A stretch of DNA of 63,864 bases, filler included, from an uncultured Ignavibacteriales bacterium (GCA_964611355.1; 3 parts of 3 records of this genome joined end to end with filler, not necessarily neighbours in it), one strand, 5' to 3'. Positions 28,883 to 40,038 are shown, numbered from the whole stretch's first letter. The notes: generated by a model not told the origin, from the letters alone. Made by a program: numbers and translations.

Positions 28883-29614
28883 GTGGGAGAAATGATTGGA
28901 ATAATGGGCGCGTTGGAGGAAGAGGTCAGCCTTTATATATCAAAAGCTGAAATTGAAACGTTTGAAACATATGCCGGCATGAAATTCTATCGGGGTAAAC
29001 TGGGCGAGGAATCGGCGGTTATTGTCCGAACCGGAGTGGGCAAAGTAAATGCAGCGATTGCGGCACAGATACTGATCGACCGGTATAATATCGACAGGAT
29101 GATTTTTACCGGTCTGGCAGGCGCTCTGGTGCCGTATTTGCAGCAGGGTGATCTGGTCGTGGCCAATTATCTGGTTCAGTATGACGTTGATCTGACGGCC
29201 TTTGGTCGCCGCGTCGGTGAAGTTCCTTCCGTCGGTCGAATGATTGAGGCTGATTCCGAAATGCTGAAACAGGTTACCGATGCCTATGATGTCGTCTTTG
29301 CCGGGATGTCCAACCGGCCGCAAATGATAGTCGGAACCGTGGTTTCAGGCGACCGGTTTATCTCAGATCATAAAACCATTGCATGGCTGCAACGTGAATT
29401 CGGGGCTGTGGCTACTGAAATGGAAGGCGCCGCAGTGGCTCAGGTTTGCCAGATGAATGATAAACCGTTTCTGGTCATTCGTACTATTTCCGATTCCGCC
29501 GCCGAAGATGCTCCGGAAGAATTTGAATCGGCTCTGAAATCAGCCCCGGAAAACGCTTTCAATCTGGTTCAGAATTTGCTTAGCTCCGAGAGAATGGAAA
29601 AGGCGGTGGTATAA
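28883..29614 (+). CDS. mtnN: MTA/SAH nucleosidase
   Basis: GVGKVNAA, TGLAG, SGDRF, EMEGAAVA, RTISD. Confidence 0.93.
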   Translation: MGEMIGIMGALEEEVSLYISKAEIETFETYAGMKFYRGKLGEESAVIVRTGVGKVNAAIAAQILIDRYNIDRMIFTGLAGALVPYLQQGDLVVANYLVQYDVDLTAFGRRVGEVPSVGRMIEADSEMLKQVTDAYDVVFAGMSNRPQMIVGTVVSGDRFISDHKTIAWLQREFGAVATEMEGAAVAQVCQMNDKPFLVIRTISDSAAEDAPEEFESALKSAPENAFNLVQNLLSSERMEKAVV

Positions 29615-29745
29615 CTTGAAAAACCTCGCCTGGCCGTCTAACCTATGCCGATTTATTGGCTTGGGTTAAACCTGCCTATTCTCAGATTAGAGTTGGTGAA
29701 CATCTAATTTCCCCCAAAATAATAATCATTTTTGATAAAGAATTG

Positions 29746-29790
29746 TTGACAAATTCCGTATTACGTATAAATTGAGAATGATTTTCAATT
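29746..29790 (+). promoter_or_regulatory. Promoter with Fur box
   Basis: TTGACA at 29746; palindrome AATTGAGAAT-G-ATTTTCAATT at 29770-29790, upstream of fur-feoAB. Confidence 0.8.
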
Positions 29791-29808
29791 TCGATTAGTG
29801 GAGATATA

Positions 29809-30246
29809 ATGGCCTCCCGGGCGCGACAGATTTTTGAGGATTATATCAGGTCTTCGGGTCTCAAAGAAACGGCGCAAAGAAATTTTGTTCTGGACGCCTT
29901 TCTTGCCACAAATAATCATGTTTCCGTTGAAGATATTCACCGGATTATGGCAGGGCGAAATAAGAAGGTCGGCTTCGCAACGGTCTATCGAACGATGAAG
30001 CTTATTGCCGATTGCGGTCTGGCCCGCGAAGTCGTTTTTGGCGACGGCGTGTCACGTTTTGAGCACGCTCTTGATCGCCGGCATCACCATCACCTGATCT
30101 GCACGCGCTGCCGAAAAGTTATTGATTTTGAAAGCAGGGAGATAGACGAGGGAGAGAAGGCCATTCTTGAAAAGTACCGTTTTGAAGCGCATTCCCATCG
30201 CTACGAGATATTTGGCCTTTGCAATGATTGTCGGAAAAAGGAATAA
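29809..30246 (+). CDS. fur: Ferric uptake regulator
   Basis: ATVYRTM, HHHHLICTRC, CNDC; heads the feo operon. Confidence 0.88.
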   Translation: MASRARQIFEDYIRSSGLKETAQRNFVLDAFLATNNHVSVEDIHRIMAGRNKKVGFATVYRTMKLIADCGLAREVVFGDGVSRFEHALDRRHHHHLICTRCRKVIDFESREIDEGEKAILEKYRFEAHSHRYEIFGLCNDCRKKE

Positions 30247-30368
30247 ATGATGTCCCGCCATGCAAAAATACGTCTGCCGGCGAATGGCGGGAGGAAAAGC
30301 GAAATAAACTATGGAAACAAATACGCCGTGAATGCGGTTTTAAGCGAATAGATCTTCGGGAGATGTGA

Positions 30369-30617
30369 ATGAACAGCGATGCAAATATCCTGGCTCTAAG
30401 TGAAGCGAAGCCGGGTCGGACATATATCCTGGTCGGTTTTGATACCGGACAGATGCTGAAAGAGAAAATATATTCAATGGGGTTGAATTTCGGAACCGGA
30501 TTCAGGATTCTGCTAAATCCGGGACACGGGCCGGTGGAGCTGGAAGTCCGACGGACAAGACTTGGAATCGGGAGGGGAATGGCCAGAAGGATCAGAGTCA
30601 AAGAAATTGAACGATGA
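30369..30617 (+). CDS. feoA: Ferrous iron transport protein A
   Basis: SMGLNFGT..GPV..RLGIGRGMARRI. Confidence 0.88.
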   Translation: MNSDANILALSEAKPGRTYILVGFDTGQMLKEKIYSMGLNFGTGFRILLNPGHGPVELEVRRTRLGIGRGMARRIRVKEIER

Positions 30618-32766
30618 CCGGAAGCAGTTCGTTGTAGCCCTGGCCGGTAACCCCAATTCCGGGAAAACCACCATCTTTAACAATTTGACCGGTGCCAATC
30701 AGCACGTCGGCAATTATCCCGGAGTCACGGTAGAGAAAAAAGAGGGTTTTTTCAATCATAGAGGGCATCGAATCAAGGTGGTCGATCTGCCCGGAACTTA
30801 TTCGCTTTCCGCACACTCCATAGAAGAAATCATCGCCAGGAATTTCATTATCAAGGAAAGGCCTGACCTTGTCATACATATCGTTGATGCTTCCAATATC
30901 GAACGCAATCTTTACCTGACCACTCAACTTTTTGAACTGGGCGCGCCGGTAATCATCGCCCTTAATATGGGAGATACGGCGCGGCAAAGGGGCGTTGTCA
31001 CCGACGTCAAATGCCTTTCTCAATTGCTTGGCGTTCCAGTAGTGCCCACAATCGGAAATAAGCGTAGAGGTATGGGTGAACTTCGGGAGGCCGTCGTCGA
31101 ACAACTTGAAGACACCAACGATTTCAGACCGGCTACGGTGAACTACGGGAAGGAATTCGAAGAGGAACTGATCAGGCTGACCGAAGTTCTCGAAAAAGAT
31201 TGCCGTCTTGCCGGCGGATATCGACCGCGCTGGTTAGCCATAAAGCTCATGGAAGATGACGCGGAAGTAACAGAGCTTGTTATAAGTCAACCGTCGTCCG
31301 AAAAAATACTGGAGACGGCGGGGGAGGGGCGCAAGCGTATTGAATCGCTTTTCGGCGATCCTCCTGCGACGGTAATAGCCGACCGCAGGTATGGCTTTAT
31401 CAGCGGGGCTTGTTCGGAGGCGGTATCACTTACCGAACATCGTCGGCATGATATTTCAGATCAAATCGATCTGGCTCTTATTCATCCCTTTTTTGGCTTG
31501 CCGATTTTTGCCCTTTTGATGTGGCTGATGTTTAATCTAACCTTCGTCCTTGGCGAAAAACCGATGGAATGGATCGAAGCCGGAATAGGCCTCCTTTCCA
31601 AATTTGCTTTATCGGTCCTGCCTGAAGGGATATTGAGTTCGCTCATTGTTGACGGCATCATCGCCGGCGTCGGCGGCGTAATCGTATTTCTGCCCAATAT
31701 CATGCTGCTGTTTCTGGCTATCGCTGTCCTGGAAGACACCGGTTATATGGCCCGGGCGGCCTTTGTGATGGACCGCATCATGCACAAAATCGGCCTTCAC
31801 GGAAAATCGTTTATTCCCATGCTCATCGGGTTTGGATGTTCGGTTCCCGCTTATATGAGCGCCCGGATTCTGGAAGACAAGTCCGACCGACTTGTCACCA
31901 TGCACGTAACGACCTTTATGAGCTGCAGCGCGAGGCTGCCGGTGTATATCCTGGTCTGCGGCGCTTTCTGGCCGCAGAACGCCGGAAATGTCGTTTTCTC
32001 AATTTACGCTCTGGGCGTAATAGTAGCCGTCACCACCGTAAAATTGCTTCGATCCACCCGCTTTAAGGGAATGTCGACTCCGTTTATCATGGAACTGCCG
32101 CCTTATCGTGTGCCTACCCTGCGCAGCCTTGTAATCCACATGTGGGAAAGGGCATGGTTATACCTGCGCAAAGCCGGAACGATTATCCTCGGTATTTCGA
32201 TAATCATGTGGTTTCTGATGACCTTTCCGGTCAAACAATCCTTTACGCAGGATTATGACGTCCTGATATCGTCCGCGATGGCTGCGCGTGGCGCAGGTGA
32301 GATTACCGGGGAGGAACTCGACAAGCGGTTGACCGGATATGAAAACGTAATATCTTCTGAAAGAATGGAATATAGTTTTGCGGGCCGCGTCGGCAAATTC
32401 ATTGAACCGGCAATCAGGCCGCTGGGACTGGATTGGCGGCTGGGCGTGGCTATAATTGCAGGATTTGTCGCCAAAGAGGTGGTGGTATCAACCATGGGAA
32501 CCATTTACGGCGTCGGCGAAGGCGGCGAGGAATCTTCCTCGCTAAGAGAAAAGCTATCGAGCGATCCGAAATATTCAAAGCTGACGGCATACGCTTTCCT
32601 TGTTTTTATCCTGCTTTATATCCCCTGTATGGCGGCGATGGTAGTCTTTTTCAGAGAGACCGGTTCATGGAAGGAACTGGCTTTCCAGATAGGATATACT
32701 ACCGGCCTGGCCTGGTTATTGTCGCTGGTTGTATATCAGGGCGGCAGGCTTATGGGTCTTGGATAA
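30607..32766 (+). CDS. feoB: Ferrous iron transporter B
   Basis: GNPNSGKTT, GNYPGVTVE, DLPGTYS, GFGCSVPA, ELPPY. Confidence 0.96.
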   Translation: MNDDRKQFVVALAGNPNSGKTTIFNNLTGANQHVGNYPGVTVEKKEGFFNHRGHRIKVVDLPGTYSLSAHSIEEIIARNFIIKERPDLVIHIVDASNIERNLYLTTQLFELGAPVIIALNMGDTARQRGVVTDVKCLSQLLGVPVVPTIGNKRRGMGELREAVVEQLEDTNDFRPATVNYGKEFEEELIRLTEVLEKDCRLAGGYRPRWLAIKLMEDDAEVTELVISQPSSEKILETAGEGRKRIESLFGDPPATVIADRRYGFISGACSEAVSLTEHRRHDISDQIDLALIHPFFGLPIFALLMWLMFNLTFVLGEKPMEWIEAGIGLLSKFALSVLPEGILSSLIVDGIIAGVGGVIVFLPNIMLLFLAIAVLEDTGYMARAAFVMDRIMHKIGLHGKSFIPMLIGFGCSVPAYMSARILEDKSDRLVTMHVTTFMSCSARLPVYILVCGAFWPQNAGNVVFSIYALGVIVAVTTVKLLRSTRFKGMSTPFIMELPPYRVPTLRSLVIHMWERAWLYLRKAGTIILGISIIMWFLMTFPVKQSFTQDYDVLISSAMAARGAGEITGEELDKRLTGYENVISSERMEYSFAGRVGKFIEPAIRPLGLDWRLGVAIIAGFVAKEVVVSTMGTIYGVGEGGEESSSLREKLSSDPKYSKLTAYAFLVFILLYIPCMAAMVVFFRETGSWKELAFQIGYTTGLAWLLSLVVYQGGRLMGLG

Positions 32767-32781
32767 AACGGGTACTATTCA

Positions 32782-32955
32782 ATGATTGAATATATAGTAG
32801 TTTTTATCATTGTTGCGCTGGCTGTCTGGTTTGTGGGGAAAAGGGTATGGCAGGATTCCAGCGGATTTGCCTGCGATGGCTGTGGTTGCTGTGCAAGGCG
32901 GAGAGAAACCGACAGGATTTCCCATATCCGGCCTGCGAACAAGAAAAGGCTATAA
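32782..32955 (+). CDS. FeoB-associated Cys-rich membrane peptide (57 aa, not in the ORF track)
   Basis: MIEYIVVFIIVALAVWFVGKR..CDGCGCC. Confidence 0.75.
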   Translation: MIEYIVVFIIVALAVWFVGKRVWQDSSGFACDGCGCCARRRETDRISHIRPANKKRL

Positions 32956-33010
32956 TCGAATACCATATAAATCCGGTATTTATACATGGCGTTTCACCGG
33001 CTTAACCTTC

Positions 33011-33038
33011 TTGACGAAAACTTAATTTTAAGTATATT
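33011..33038 (+). promoter_or_regulatory. Sigma70-like promoter
   Basis: TTGACG-N16-TATATT upstream of the protease gene. Confidence 0.5.
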
Positions 33039-33145
33039 GCTTTTACAGATTACCAACCAAAGGACCAGACTTGCCCAAGCTTTTTCTTTACAATAATTCG
33101 AAAGAATCCGGGGGATAAATCAAGTCTGCCACACTGGAGGAGACC

Positions 33146-35524
33146 ATGAACAAGGCGATATTTTTTATTCTGCTTATCCTCGTTGCCTTTCCCGGCGTTT
33201 TGCTTGCCGACCCGCCGGCCAGCTTTGACCTTCGTAATGTAAGCGGCTACAATTACGTTAGCTCAGTAAAGGATCAGACCGGCGGAACCTGCTGGACGCA
33301 CGGCGCTATGGCGGCCATGGAAGGAAATTTAATGATGACCGGCAACTGGGATGCCGCAGGGGAAACCGGCGAGCCCAACCTTGCCGAATATCACCTCGAC
33401 TGGTGGAACGGATTCAATAAACATAACAACGACGATATCGACCCTCCTACCGGCGGCGGCCTGACGGTTCACGAAGGAGGCGACTATCTGGTTACATCGG
33501 CTTACCTGACCCGTGGAGAAGGCGCGGTTCGGGATATCGACGGACAATCATACTACACGCCGCCGGCAAGGTCTGATCCCGGTTTCCACCGTTATTATCC
33601 GAGAGATATTGAATGGTATACGGCGGGGGCGGACTTGAGTAATATTAATACGATAAAAAACGCGATTATGACATACGGCGTGCTGGGAACGTGTATGTAC
33701 TACGGCGGCGGCTATATGGTCAATTATGTCCATTACCAGCCGCCGGAAACCACAGAAGATCCCAACCACGCTATTGCCATCATTGGCTGGGATGATAATA
33801 AAGTTACTCAGGCTCCTCAACCCGGCGCCTGGCTCTGCAAGAACAGCTGGGGAGGCGATTGGGGTGAAAGCGGCTGTTTCTGGATTTCGTATTATGACAA
33901 GCATTCCTGTCAGCACCCGGAGATGGGCGCCATTTCATTCCAGAACGTCGAACTCCAGGTTTATAACAAAATTCATTACCACGACTATCATGGCTGGCGC
34001 GACGAAAAAACAGACTGCTCCGAGGCCTTTAATGCTTTTGTCGTCGATGGTTTTGAAATCCTGCGGGCGGTGAGCTTTTTTACCACGACGGATGGCGTAA
34101 CCTATACGGCGAAAATATTTAATCGCTTTGAAGGCGGCGAGCTTCTGGATGAATTATCCGCCAAAACCGGGACAATCGCGCATACCGGGTTCCATACTGT
34201 CGATCTGGATGCGCCGATTGAATTTTTACCCGGCGATGATTTCTATATTTATCTGGAGTTGTCGGATGGGGGACACGCCTTTGACCGCACTTCGGAGGTG
34301 CCGGTTCTTCTGGGAGCGAAATACAAGGTGCTTGTTGAATCGGCTTCTGAGCCGGGACAAAGTTATTACCGCAGCGGCGCGGAATGGATGGACTTATACG
34401 ACGATGATAATACCGCGAATTTCTGCATTAAAGGTTTGGCCGAAAGGAACCCGCCTCTGAATATAATTCTGCCCGATGGTGTGCCGCAGTACCTTGAGCC
34501 GGGCGTGCCGACGACGGTAGCAATTGAAATCACCGACCAGGCTGATACCTATGTACCGGGATCGGGATTGCTTCATTATCGCAGTATGGGCGAGACTTTC
34601 ACTACCATTCCGCTGGTTTCGCTGGGCGGCGATCTGTTTGAGGCCACGCTGCCGGCGGCATTATGCGGGTATGTTCCGGAATATTACTTCAGCGCCGAGG
34701 CCGAGATGTCCGGAAAGGTATATAATCCTTCCGACGCGCCGGACAGCGTATATGCTTCGTATGTCGGCGAAATAACGGTATTGTTTGTCGACAGCTTTGA
34801 AACCGATCTTGGCTGGACCGCCGAAAACCTCGGCGCAACCAGCGGCGAATGGGAACGGGGCGTTCCGGTGAACGATATGAACTGGGCGTACGATCCCGAA
34901 TCCGACGCCGACGGCAGCGGCCAATGCTATTTGACTCAAAATGATTACGGCAATACCGACATTGATGATGGGGCGGTGCGGTTGATATCGTCGGTTTTCA
35001 GTCTGCCTGAGGGAGCCGATATAGGTTATGATTACTATCTCTACCTGACCGATGCCGGCAGCGAAGTTGACCGATTGCTGGTTGAGATCAATAACGACGG
35101 CGGGGTCGGCGACTGGACTGAAATCGCCCGCCACGAAATGAGCGGCGGTCTGGTCTGGCGTCATCACGAAATTACCGCCGCCGATCTCGCTTTGGCGGGA
35201 GTAGTACCGACGTCAAGTATGCAGATTCGATTTACGGCCAATGATGCTTACCCTCAAAGCGTGGTCGAAGCCGGTCTGGATTGTTTCACGGTAACGGCTC
35301 TGGTCTGTGAAGAAGTAATCTGCGGTGACGCCAACGACGACGAAAGCGTCAACCTCGGCGATGCCGTCTGCGTGATCAACTATGTTTTTCACGACGGCCC
35401 CGCTCCCGGAACGGTCGGCGCAGGCGACGCCAATTGCGACGGGAATGTAAATATGGGCGATGCCGTTTATCTGCTCAATTACGTTTTCCATGACGGGCCT
35501 GTTCCCTGTGCTAATTGTCCGTAG
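33146..35524 (+). CDS. Secreted C1A papain-like cysteine protease with lectin-like and dockerin domains
   Basis: QTGGTCW, NHAIAIIGW, KNSWG; two GDANxDxxVNxGDAV repeats. Confidence 0.9.
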   Translation: MNKAIFFILLILVAFPGVLLADPPASFDLRNVSGYNYVSSVKDQTGGTCWTHGAMAAMEGNLMMTGNWDAAGETGEPNLAEYHLDWWNGFNKHNNDDIDPPTGGGLTVHEGGDYLVTSAYLTRGEGAVRDIDGQSYYTPPARSDPGFHRYYPRDIEWYTAGADLSNINTIKNAIMTYGVLGTCMYYGGGYMVNYVHYQPPETTEDPNHAIAIIGWDDNKVTQAPQPGAWLCKNSWGGDWGESGCFWISYYDKHSCQHPEMGAISFQNVELQVYNKIHYHDYHGWRDEKTDCSEAFNAFVVDGFEILRAVSFFTTTDGVTYTAKIFNRFEGGELLDELSAKTGTIAHTGFHTVDLDAPIEFLPGDDFYIYLELSDGGHAFDRTSEVPVLLGAKYKVLVESASEPGQSYYRSGAEWMDLYDDDNTANFCIKGLAERNPPLNIILPDGVPQYLEPGVPTTVAIEITDQADTYVPGSGLLHYRSMGETFTTIPLVSLGGDLFEATLPAALCGYVPEYYFSAEAEMSGKVYNPSDAPDSVYASYVGEITVLFVDSFETDLGWTAENLGATSGEWERGVPVNDMNWAYDPESDADGSGQCYLTQNDYGNTDIDDGAVRLISSVFSLPEGADIGYDYYLYLTDAGSEVDRLLVEINNDGGVGDWTEIARHEMSGGLVWRHHEITAADLALAGVVPTSSMQIRFTANDAYPQSVVEAGLDCFTVTALVCEEVICGDANDDESVNLGDAVCVINYVFHDGPAPGTVGAGDANCDGNVNMGDAVYLLNYVFHDGPVPCANCP

Positions 35525-35546
35525 CGCAGCATATTGATTGAATTCC

Positions 35547-35576
35547 AAAAGGGCCTTTTGAAAAGGCCCTTTTTTT
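35547..35576 (+). terminator. Intrinsic terminator
   Basis: aaaagggccttttgaaaaggccctttttt. Confidence 0.85.
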
Positions 35577-35699
35577 ATTACCATATTTGGATGGGCATCA
35601 GCATCTGCGGCGAGGTATTCCGTTTTTGCCCTTGAAAATAATTATATATTATACTATAGTAGTATGCTGACTTGTAACCGTTAAGACCGGGAGTAAGAA

Positions 35700-36644
35700 A
35701 TGCCTTTTAATAAAGCTGACAAAATCTGGATGAACGGGAAGCTGGTTAATTGGGACGACGCCAAGATACACGTCCTTTCTCATGTCGTTCATTACGGTTC
35801 CTCGATTTTTGAAGGACAGAGATGCTATAATACACCCAATGGTTCGGCCTGTTTCAGATTGCAGGAGCATACCGACCGGCTGTTTAATTCCGCTAAAATT
35901 TATCGAATGGAGATACCGTTCACCAAAGAGGAAATCAACCGGGCGGAACTCGATCTGATTGCCGTCAATAAACTCGATTCATGCTATATCCGGCCGGTGG
36001 TTTATCGCGGGTATGACAGCCTCGGTGTTGACCCCCGAAGTTGCCCGGTCGATGTTACCATTGCCGTCTGGCCCTGGGGTAAATATCTCGGGGAGGAGGC
36101 CCTGGAGCAGGGGGTATCGGTCTGCGTTTCTTCCTGGCACCGCAATGCCCCAAACACGATGCCGATGATGGCCAAAGCCGGCGCCAACTACATGAATTCA
36201 CAACTGATCAAACTGGAAGCGCTCTCTCACGGCTATGTCGAGGGGATAGGCCTCGATACGCGGGGAATGGTGTCCGAGGGTTCCGGCGAGAACTTATTCA
36301 TTGTTATGAAAGGCACTTTGATTACGCCGTCGTTCTGCTGCTCGATTCTGCCGGGGATTACGCGAAACACCGTCATTACGCTGGCCAAAGATATGGGCAT
36401 CGGGGTGATTGAACAGCCGATCCCGCGGGAAGCGTTATATATCGCCGACGAGGTATTCTTTACCGGGTCGGCCGCCGAGGTCACACCGATTTCAAAAATC
36501 GACGGCATCACTATCGGCAAGGGCAAAGCGGGCGAAATTACCAGCCGGCTCCAGAAACGTTTCTTCGACATCGTCGAAGGCCGGATTGAAGATAAATACG
36601 GTTGGCTGACCTTTGTGCCGGCTTCGGCTACGGCCGAAGTCTGA
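35700..36644 (+). CDS. ilvE: Branched-chain amino acid aminotransferase
   Basis: HYGSSIFEG, AKAGANY, EGSGEN, ILPGITR. Confidence 0.95.
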   Translation: MPFNKADKIWMNGKLVNWDDAKIHVLSHVVHYGSSIFEGQRCYNTPNGSACFRLQEHTDRLFNSAKIYRMEIPFTKEEINRAELDLIAVNKLDSCYIRPVVYRGYDSLGVDPRSCPVDVTIAVWPWGKYLGEEALEQGVSVCVSSWHRNAPNTMPMMAKAGANYMNSQLIKLEALSHGYVEGIGLDTRGMVSEGSGENLFIVMKGTLITPSFCCSILPGITRNTVITLAKDMGIGVIEQPIPREALYIADEVFFTGSAAEVTPISKIDGITIGKGKAGEITSRLQKRFFDIVEGRIEDKYGWLTFVPASATAEV

Positions 36645-36652
36645 GGACACTC

Positions 36653-37099
36653 ATGCGGATTGCCATAGGTTCTGACCACGCAGGCTTTGAGTTGAAAGAA
36701 ATAGTTAAAGTTATTCTTGAAGCCCGGGGACACGAAGTAATCGATTACGGCACCGATTCCACCGAGTCGGTCGATTACTCCGATTTTGCTCTTAAGGTGG
36801 CGCGAGCGGTTGCCGCTGGGGAAACCGACCGCGGCGTGGCGGTTTGCTGGACAGGAAACGGCGTTACTATTTCGGCTAATAAGATTGACGGGATTCGAGC
36901 GACTCTGGCGTTGAATCCCGACATGGCCATGCTGGCCCGTGCGCACAATGATTCCAACGTCTTGACTCTTTCATCGAAGTATATGGAAAAAGACAAGTTG
37001 GAAGAAATACTTAAAGCATGGCTTGAGACAGAGTTTGAAGGCGGCCGGCACCTGCGGCGGCTTTCCAAGATCCCGGGTTCGGGAATTTCGATGAATTAA
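36653..37099 (+). CDS. rpiB: Ribose-5-phosphate isomerase B
   Basis: SDHAG, CWTGNG, HNDSN, FEGGRH. Confidence 0.95.
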   Translation: MRIAIGSDHAGFELKEIVKVILEARGHEVIDYGTDSTESVDYSDFALKVARAVAAGETDRGVAVCWTGNGVTISANKIDGIRATLALNPDMAMLARAHNDSNVLTLSSKYMEKDKLEEILKAWLETEFEGGRHLRRLSKIPGSGISMN

Positions 37100-37117
37100 A
37101 ACATGGAGAGATAACCA

Positions 37118-38383
37118 GTGTCATATGTCAAAGATATTGATCCGGAGCTGTACGAGGCGCTGACTTCGGAGGCCAAACGACAGGCTTTTAAGCTGGAGTT
37201 GATTGCTTCGGAGAATTTCGTTTCGGAGGCTGTTCTGGAGGCGGCCGGCGGCGTCATGACCAATAAATATGCCGAAGGGTATCCGGGCAAACGCTACTAT
37301 GGCGGTTGTGAATATGTCGATGTCGCCGAAAACCTGGCTCGTGATCGCGCCAAAAAATTGTTCGGCGCGGAGCATGTCAATGTCCAGCCTCATTCAGGTT
37401 CGCAGGCCAACATGGCGGTTTATTTTACGGTTCTCAAGCCGGGCGATACCATGATGGGATTGGACCTGTCACACGGCGGTCACCTGACTCACGGTCATCC
37501 GATTAATTTCACGGGACAATTCTACAATATCGTCCCGTACCGGGTGGAACCGGAGACTGAAGTAATTGATTATGATAAGCTGATTAAGCAGGCGGAAGAG
37601 GTTAAACCGAAGATTATCGTGGCCGGAGCTTCGGCCTACCCGCGAACGCTTGATTTCAAAAAGTTCCGGGAGGCGGCCGACGCCGCAGGGGCCTTTTTGA
37701 TGGTTGATATTGCCCACATTGCCGGCCTGATTGTGGCGGGCATTCATCCCTCGCCGGTGCCTTATGCCGATTTCGTGACTACCACAACGCACAAGACCCT
37801 CCGCGGACCGCGCGGCGGCATGATTATGTGCAAGGGAAAATACGCCGCCGATCTCGACCGGATGGTAATGCCCGGAATCCAGGGAGGCCCGCTGATGCAT
37901 ATAATTGCCTCCAAGGCGATCGCTTTCAAGGAAGCGATGACCCCGGAGTTTAATGATTATCAAAGGCAGATTGTCGCCAATGCCGTGCATCTGGCCAAAA
38001 ATCTTATGGAGCGCGGTCACAAACTGGTTGCCAACGGGACGGATACTCATTTGATGCTTATGTCGTTTATCGGTCAAAAACGCGCCGATGGAAAAACAGT
38101 TACCGGCAAGATGGTGGAAAACGCACTTGACAAGGCCAACATCACGGTCAACAAAAACACCGTTCCGTTCGATCCGGCCAAGCCGTTTGTTACCTCCGGC
38201 ATTCGTATCGGGACTCCGGCGATTACCACCAGGGGCATGAAAGAACCGGAAATGGAAAAAATAGCCGAGTTTATCGACCGTGTCATCAAAAACCTGGGCA
38301 ATAAAGAGCTTTATGCCGAGGTGGCCAAAGACGTAATTGAGCTTTGTTACCGCTTCCCGCTCTATGTCGGAAGGCAGGAGTAA
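37118..38383 (+). CDS. glyA: Serine hydroxymethyltransferase
   Basis: [29 protein letters not shown]. Confidence 0.97.
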   Translation: MSYVKDIDPELYEALTSEAKRQAFKLELIASENFVSEAVLEAAGGVMTNKYAEGYPGKRYYGGCEYVDVAENLARDRAKKLFGAEHVNVQPHSGSQANMAVYFTVLKPGDTMMGLDLSHGGHLTHGHPINFTGQFYNIVPYRVEPETEVIDYDKLIKQAEEVKPKIIVAGASAYPRTLDFKKFREAADAAGAFLMVDIAHIAGLIVAGIHPSPVPYADFVTTTTHKTLRGPRGGMIMCKGKYAADLDRMVMPGIQGGPLMHIIASKAIAFKEAMTPEFNDYQRQIVANAVHLAKNLMERGHKLVANGTDTHLMLMSFIGQKRADGKTVTGKMVENALDKANITVNKNTVPFDPAKPFVTSGIRIGTPAITTRGMKEPEMEKIAEFIDRVIKNLGNKELYAEVAKDVIELCYRFPLYVGRQE

Positions 38384-38424
38384 TCGGCCAACCTGAAGTA
38401 TAATCGTTTCGGCATCAAAGAAGC

Positions 38425-39885
38425 ATGCTGACATCCAAAAGACTTATCTTTCTCGCCTCGGCGATTGTTTATTTTGTATATATTTTTGTTTTTTGGAATT
38501 ACTCGATAGACGATGCTTTTATCACTTTCAAATATGCTGAAAATTTCGCCGACGGCTATGGCCTGGTATTCAATATCGGCGATAAGCCGGTTGAAGGTTA
38601 TTCCAATTTTCTGTGGTTGTTGCTGCTATCGATTTTGTACAAGATTGGTCTGCCGACCTGTCTGAGCGCCAAACTGATCGGCCTATCTTCGTTTTTTATT
38701 GCCGCCGGTATTTTATTTTATCATCACGAAAGAGATGATACCACACCGGCCTGGTTGGCGGCGCCGCTTTTACTTTTCTGTCCTGTTACCGCCTTTTGGG
38801 GATTGAGCGGTCTTGAACTGGGCCTGCACACCATGTTGGTGGTCGGCTCAGCGGTGGCGCTTTTTCGCCGTTCGCGCTGGCTGTACGCCCTTTTGCCGCT
38901 GGTAGTTCTCAGCCGCCCGGAAGGAATTGCCATCGGTGTCGGTTTGATTGTAATCGGCGCGCTGGCGGATTTTGTCAACGGCCGATTTGACAAAACGTAT
39001 TTTTTGACCGGTTTGGCCGTGCTGGCAATTACTGTCGGGGCTCTGATTATTTTCAGACTGCAGATATTCGGCTACCCGTTGCCGAATACGTACTACGCCA
39101 AAATACACCACAAGTGGCAGCTCGGCTTTTATGAATTAGGCCGGATGCTGCGCCTTTTTGCGCCGCTTACCATTGCATTTTTATGGGCGATCTATCGGGT
39201 TGTTTCTCGCAAAGCCGCCGAAAAAGAGCTGGCCGTCTATGTCGTCATGTTTGTGATGCAGGGACTGATAAGCGCCCGGGTTGATCCGGTAATGAATTTC
39301 CTTTTCCGTTATATGATTCCGGTTATGCCTTTTTTCCTCGCCGCGACGCTTTTGATGGTCTCCCGCTTCCGTAAAGCAGCTCTGTGTCGGGTCGCAATAG
39401 CCGCCTTTGCCGTTTCGCTTGTGCTGCCATTACCGAAAGTCGTCCATTTTGTCAATGCCACCAATGACATGATGAAAGCTCAATGGAAGGTTATCGAATG
39501 GGCCGGGACTTTGCCGGCAAAGACGACTATCTCGATTTCGGATATGGGTCGCATTCCGTATTATGCCGACAATATCTATTATTACGATATCTACGGATTG
39601 GTGAATGAAGATATCGGACACGAGGGATTCAGCTTGCAACGGGAATTTATGCGCCTGCCCGATTATTTTGTGCTTGTCGGTTATATTGAATCCGATAAAC
39701 TAAAACTGAGCTTCTGGCGGGAACAGGTTTTGGCGTATAACGAAACTTTTGAAGCGATGTATCAGGCGATTAAGGTATGCGCGCCGGAAGGAGGCGATCC
39801 TCGCGTGCAGGGGTATTATTATTTTGTTTTTCAGCGAAAGTCGCCGCCTTCGATATCCCCCCGGCATATGGGCGATGGAAACTAA
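38425..39885 (+). CDS. Polytopic membrane protein, GT-C glycosyltransferase-like
   Basis: DDAFITFKYA, VEGYSNFLW, SGLE, RPEG, PNTYYAK. Confidence 0.7.
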   Translation: MLTSKRLIFLASAIVYFVYIFVFWNYSIDDAFITFKYAENFADGYGLVFNIGDKPVEGYSNFLWLLLLSILYKIGLPTCLSAKLIGLSSFFIAAGILFYHHERDDTTPAWLAAPLLLFCPVTAFWGLSGLELGLHTMLVVGSAVALFRRSRWLYALLPLVVLSRPEGIAIGVGLIVIGALADFVNGRFDKTYFLTGLAVLAITVGALIIFRLQIFGYPLPNTYYAKIHHKWQLGFYELGRMLRLFAPLTIAFLWAIYRVVSRKAAEKELAVYVVMFVMQGLISARVDPVMNFLFRYMIPVMPFFLAATLLMVSRFRKAALCRVAIAAFAVSLVLPLPKVVHFVNATNDMMKAQWKVIEWAGTLPAKTTISISDMGRIPYYADNIYYYDIYGLVNEDIGHEGFSLQREFMRLPDYFVLVGYIESDKLKLSFWREQVLAYNETFEAMYQAIKVCAPEGGDPRVQGYYYFVFQRKSPPSISPRHMGDGN

Positions 39886-40038
39886 TCGATTCAGGCGGCT
39901 TGATTCATTTTAGGCGGAATAACCGGAATAAACGGTCAACTGTTTAACTTTTCCCGGCTTTCATGTTGCCAGCCATCAACTGCCTGCGTATATTCTTTCG
40001 CAAGAGTGGATTGAACAACAATTACACGGAGTTAGGGT

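Noticed and set aside
30562..30606. N-terminal extension of FeoB in the ORF track
   Set aside because: Overlaps feoA; TTG at 30607 fits the G-domain start better
37469..38434. Long antisense ORFs (also 10956-11732, 36233-36946, 43828-44529, 3439-4131)
   Set aside because: Shadows of well-supported genes on the opposite strand, with no recognisable motifs
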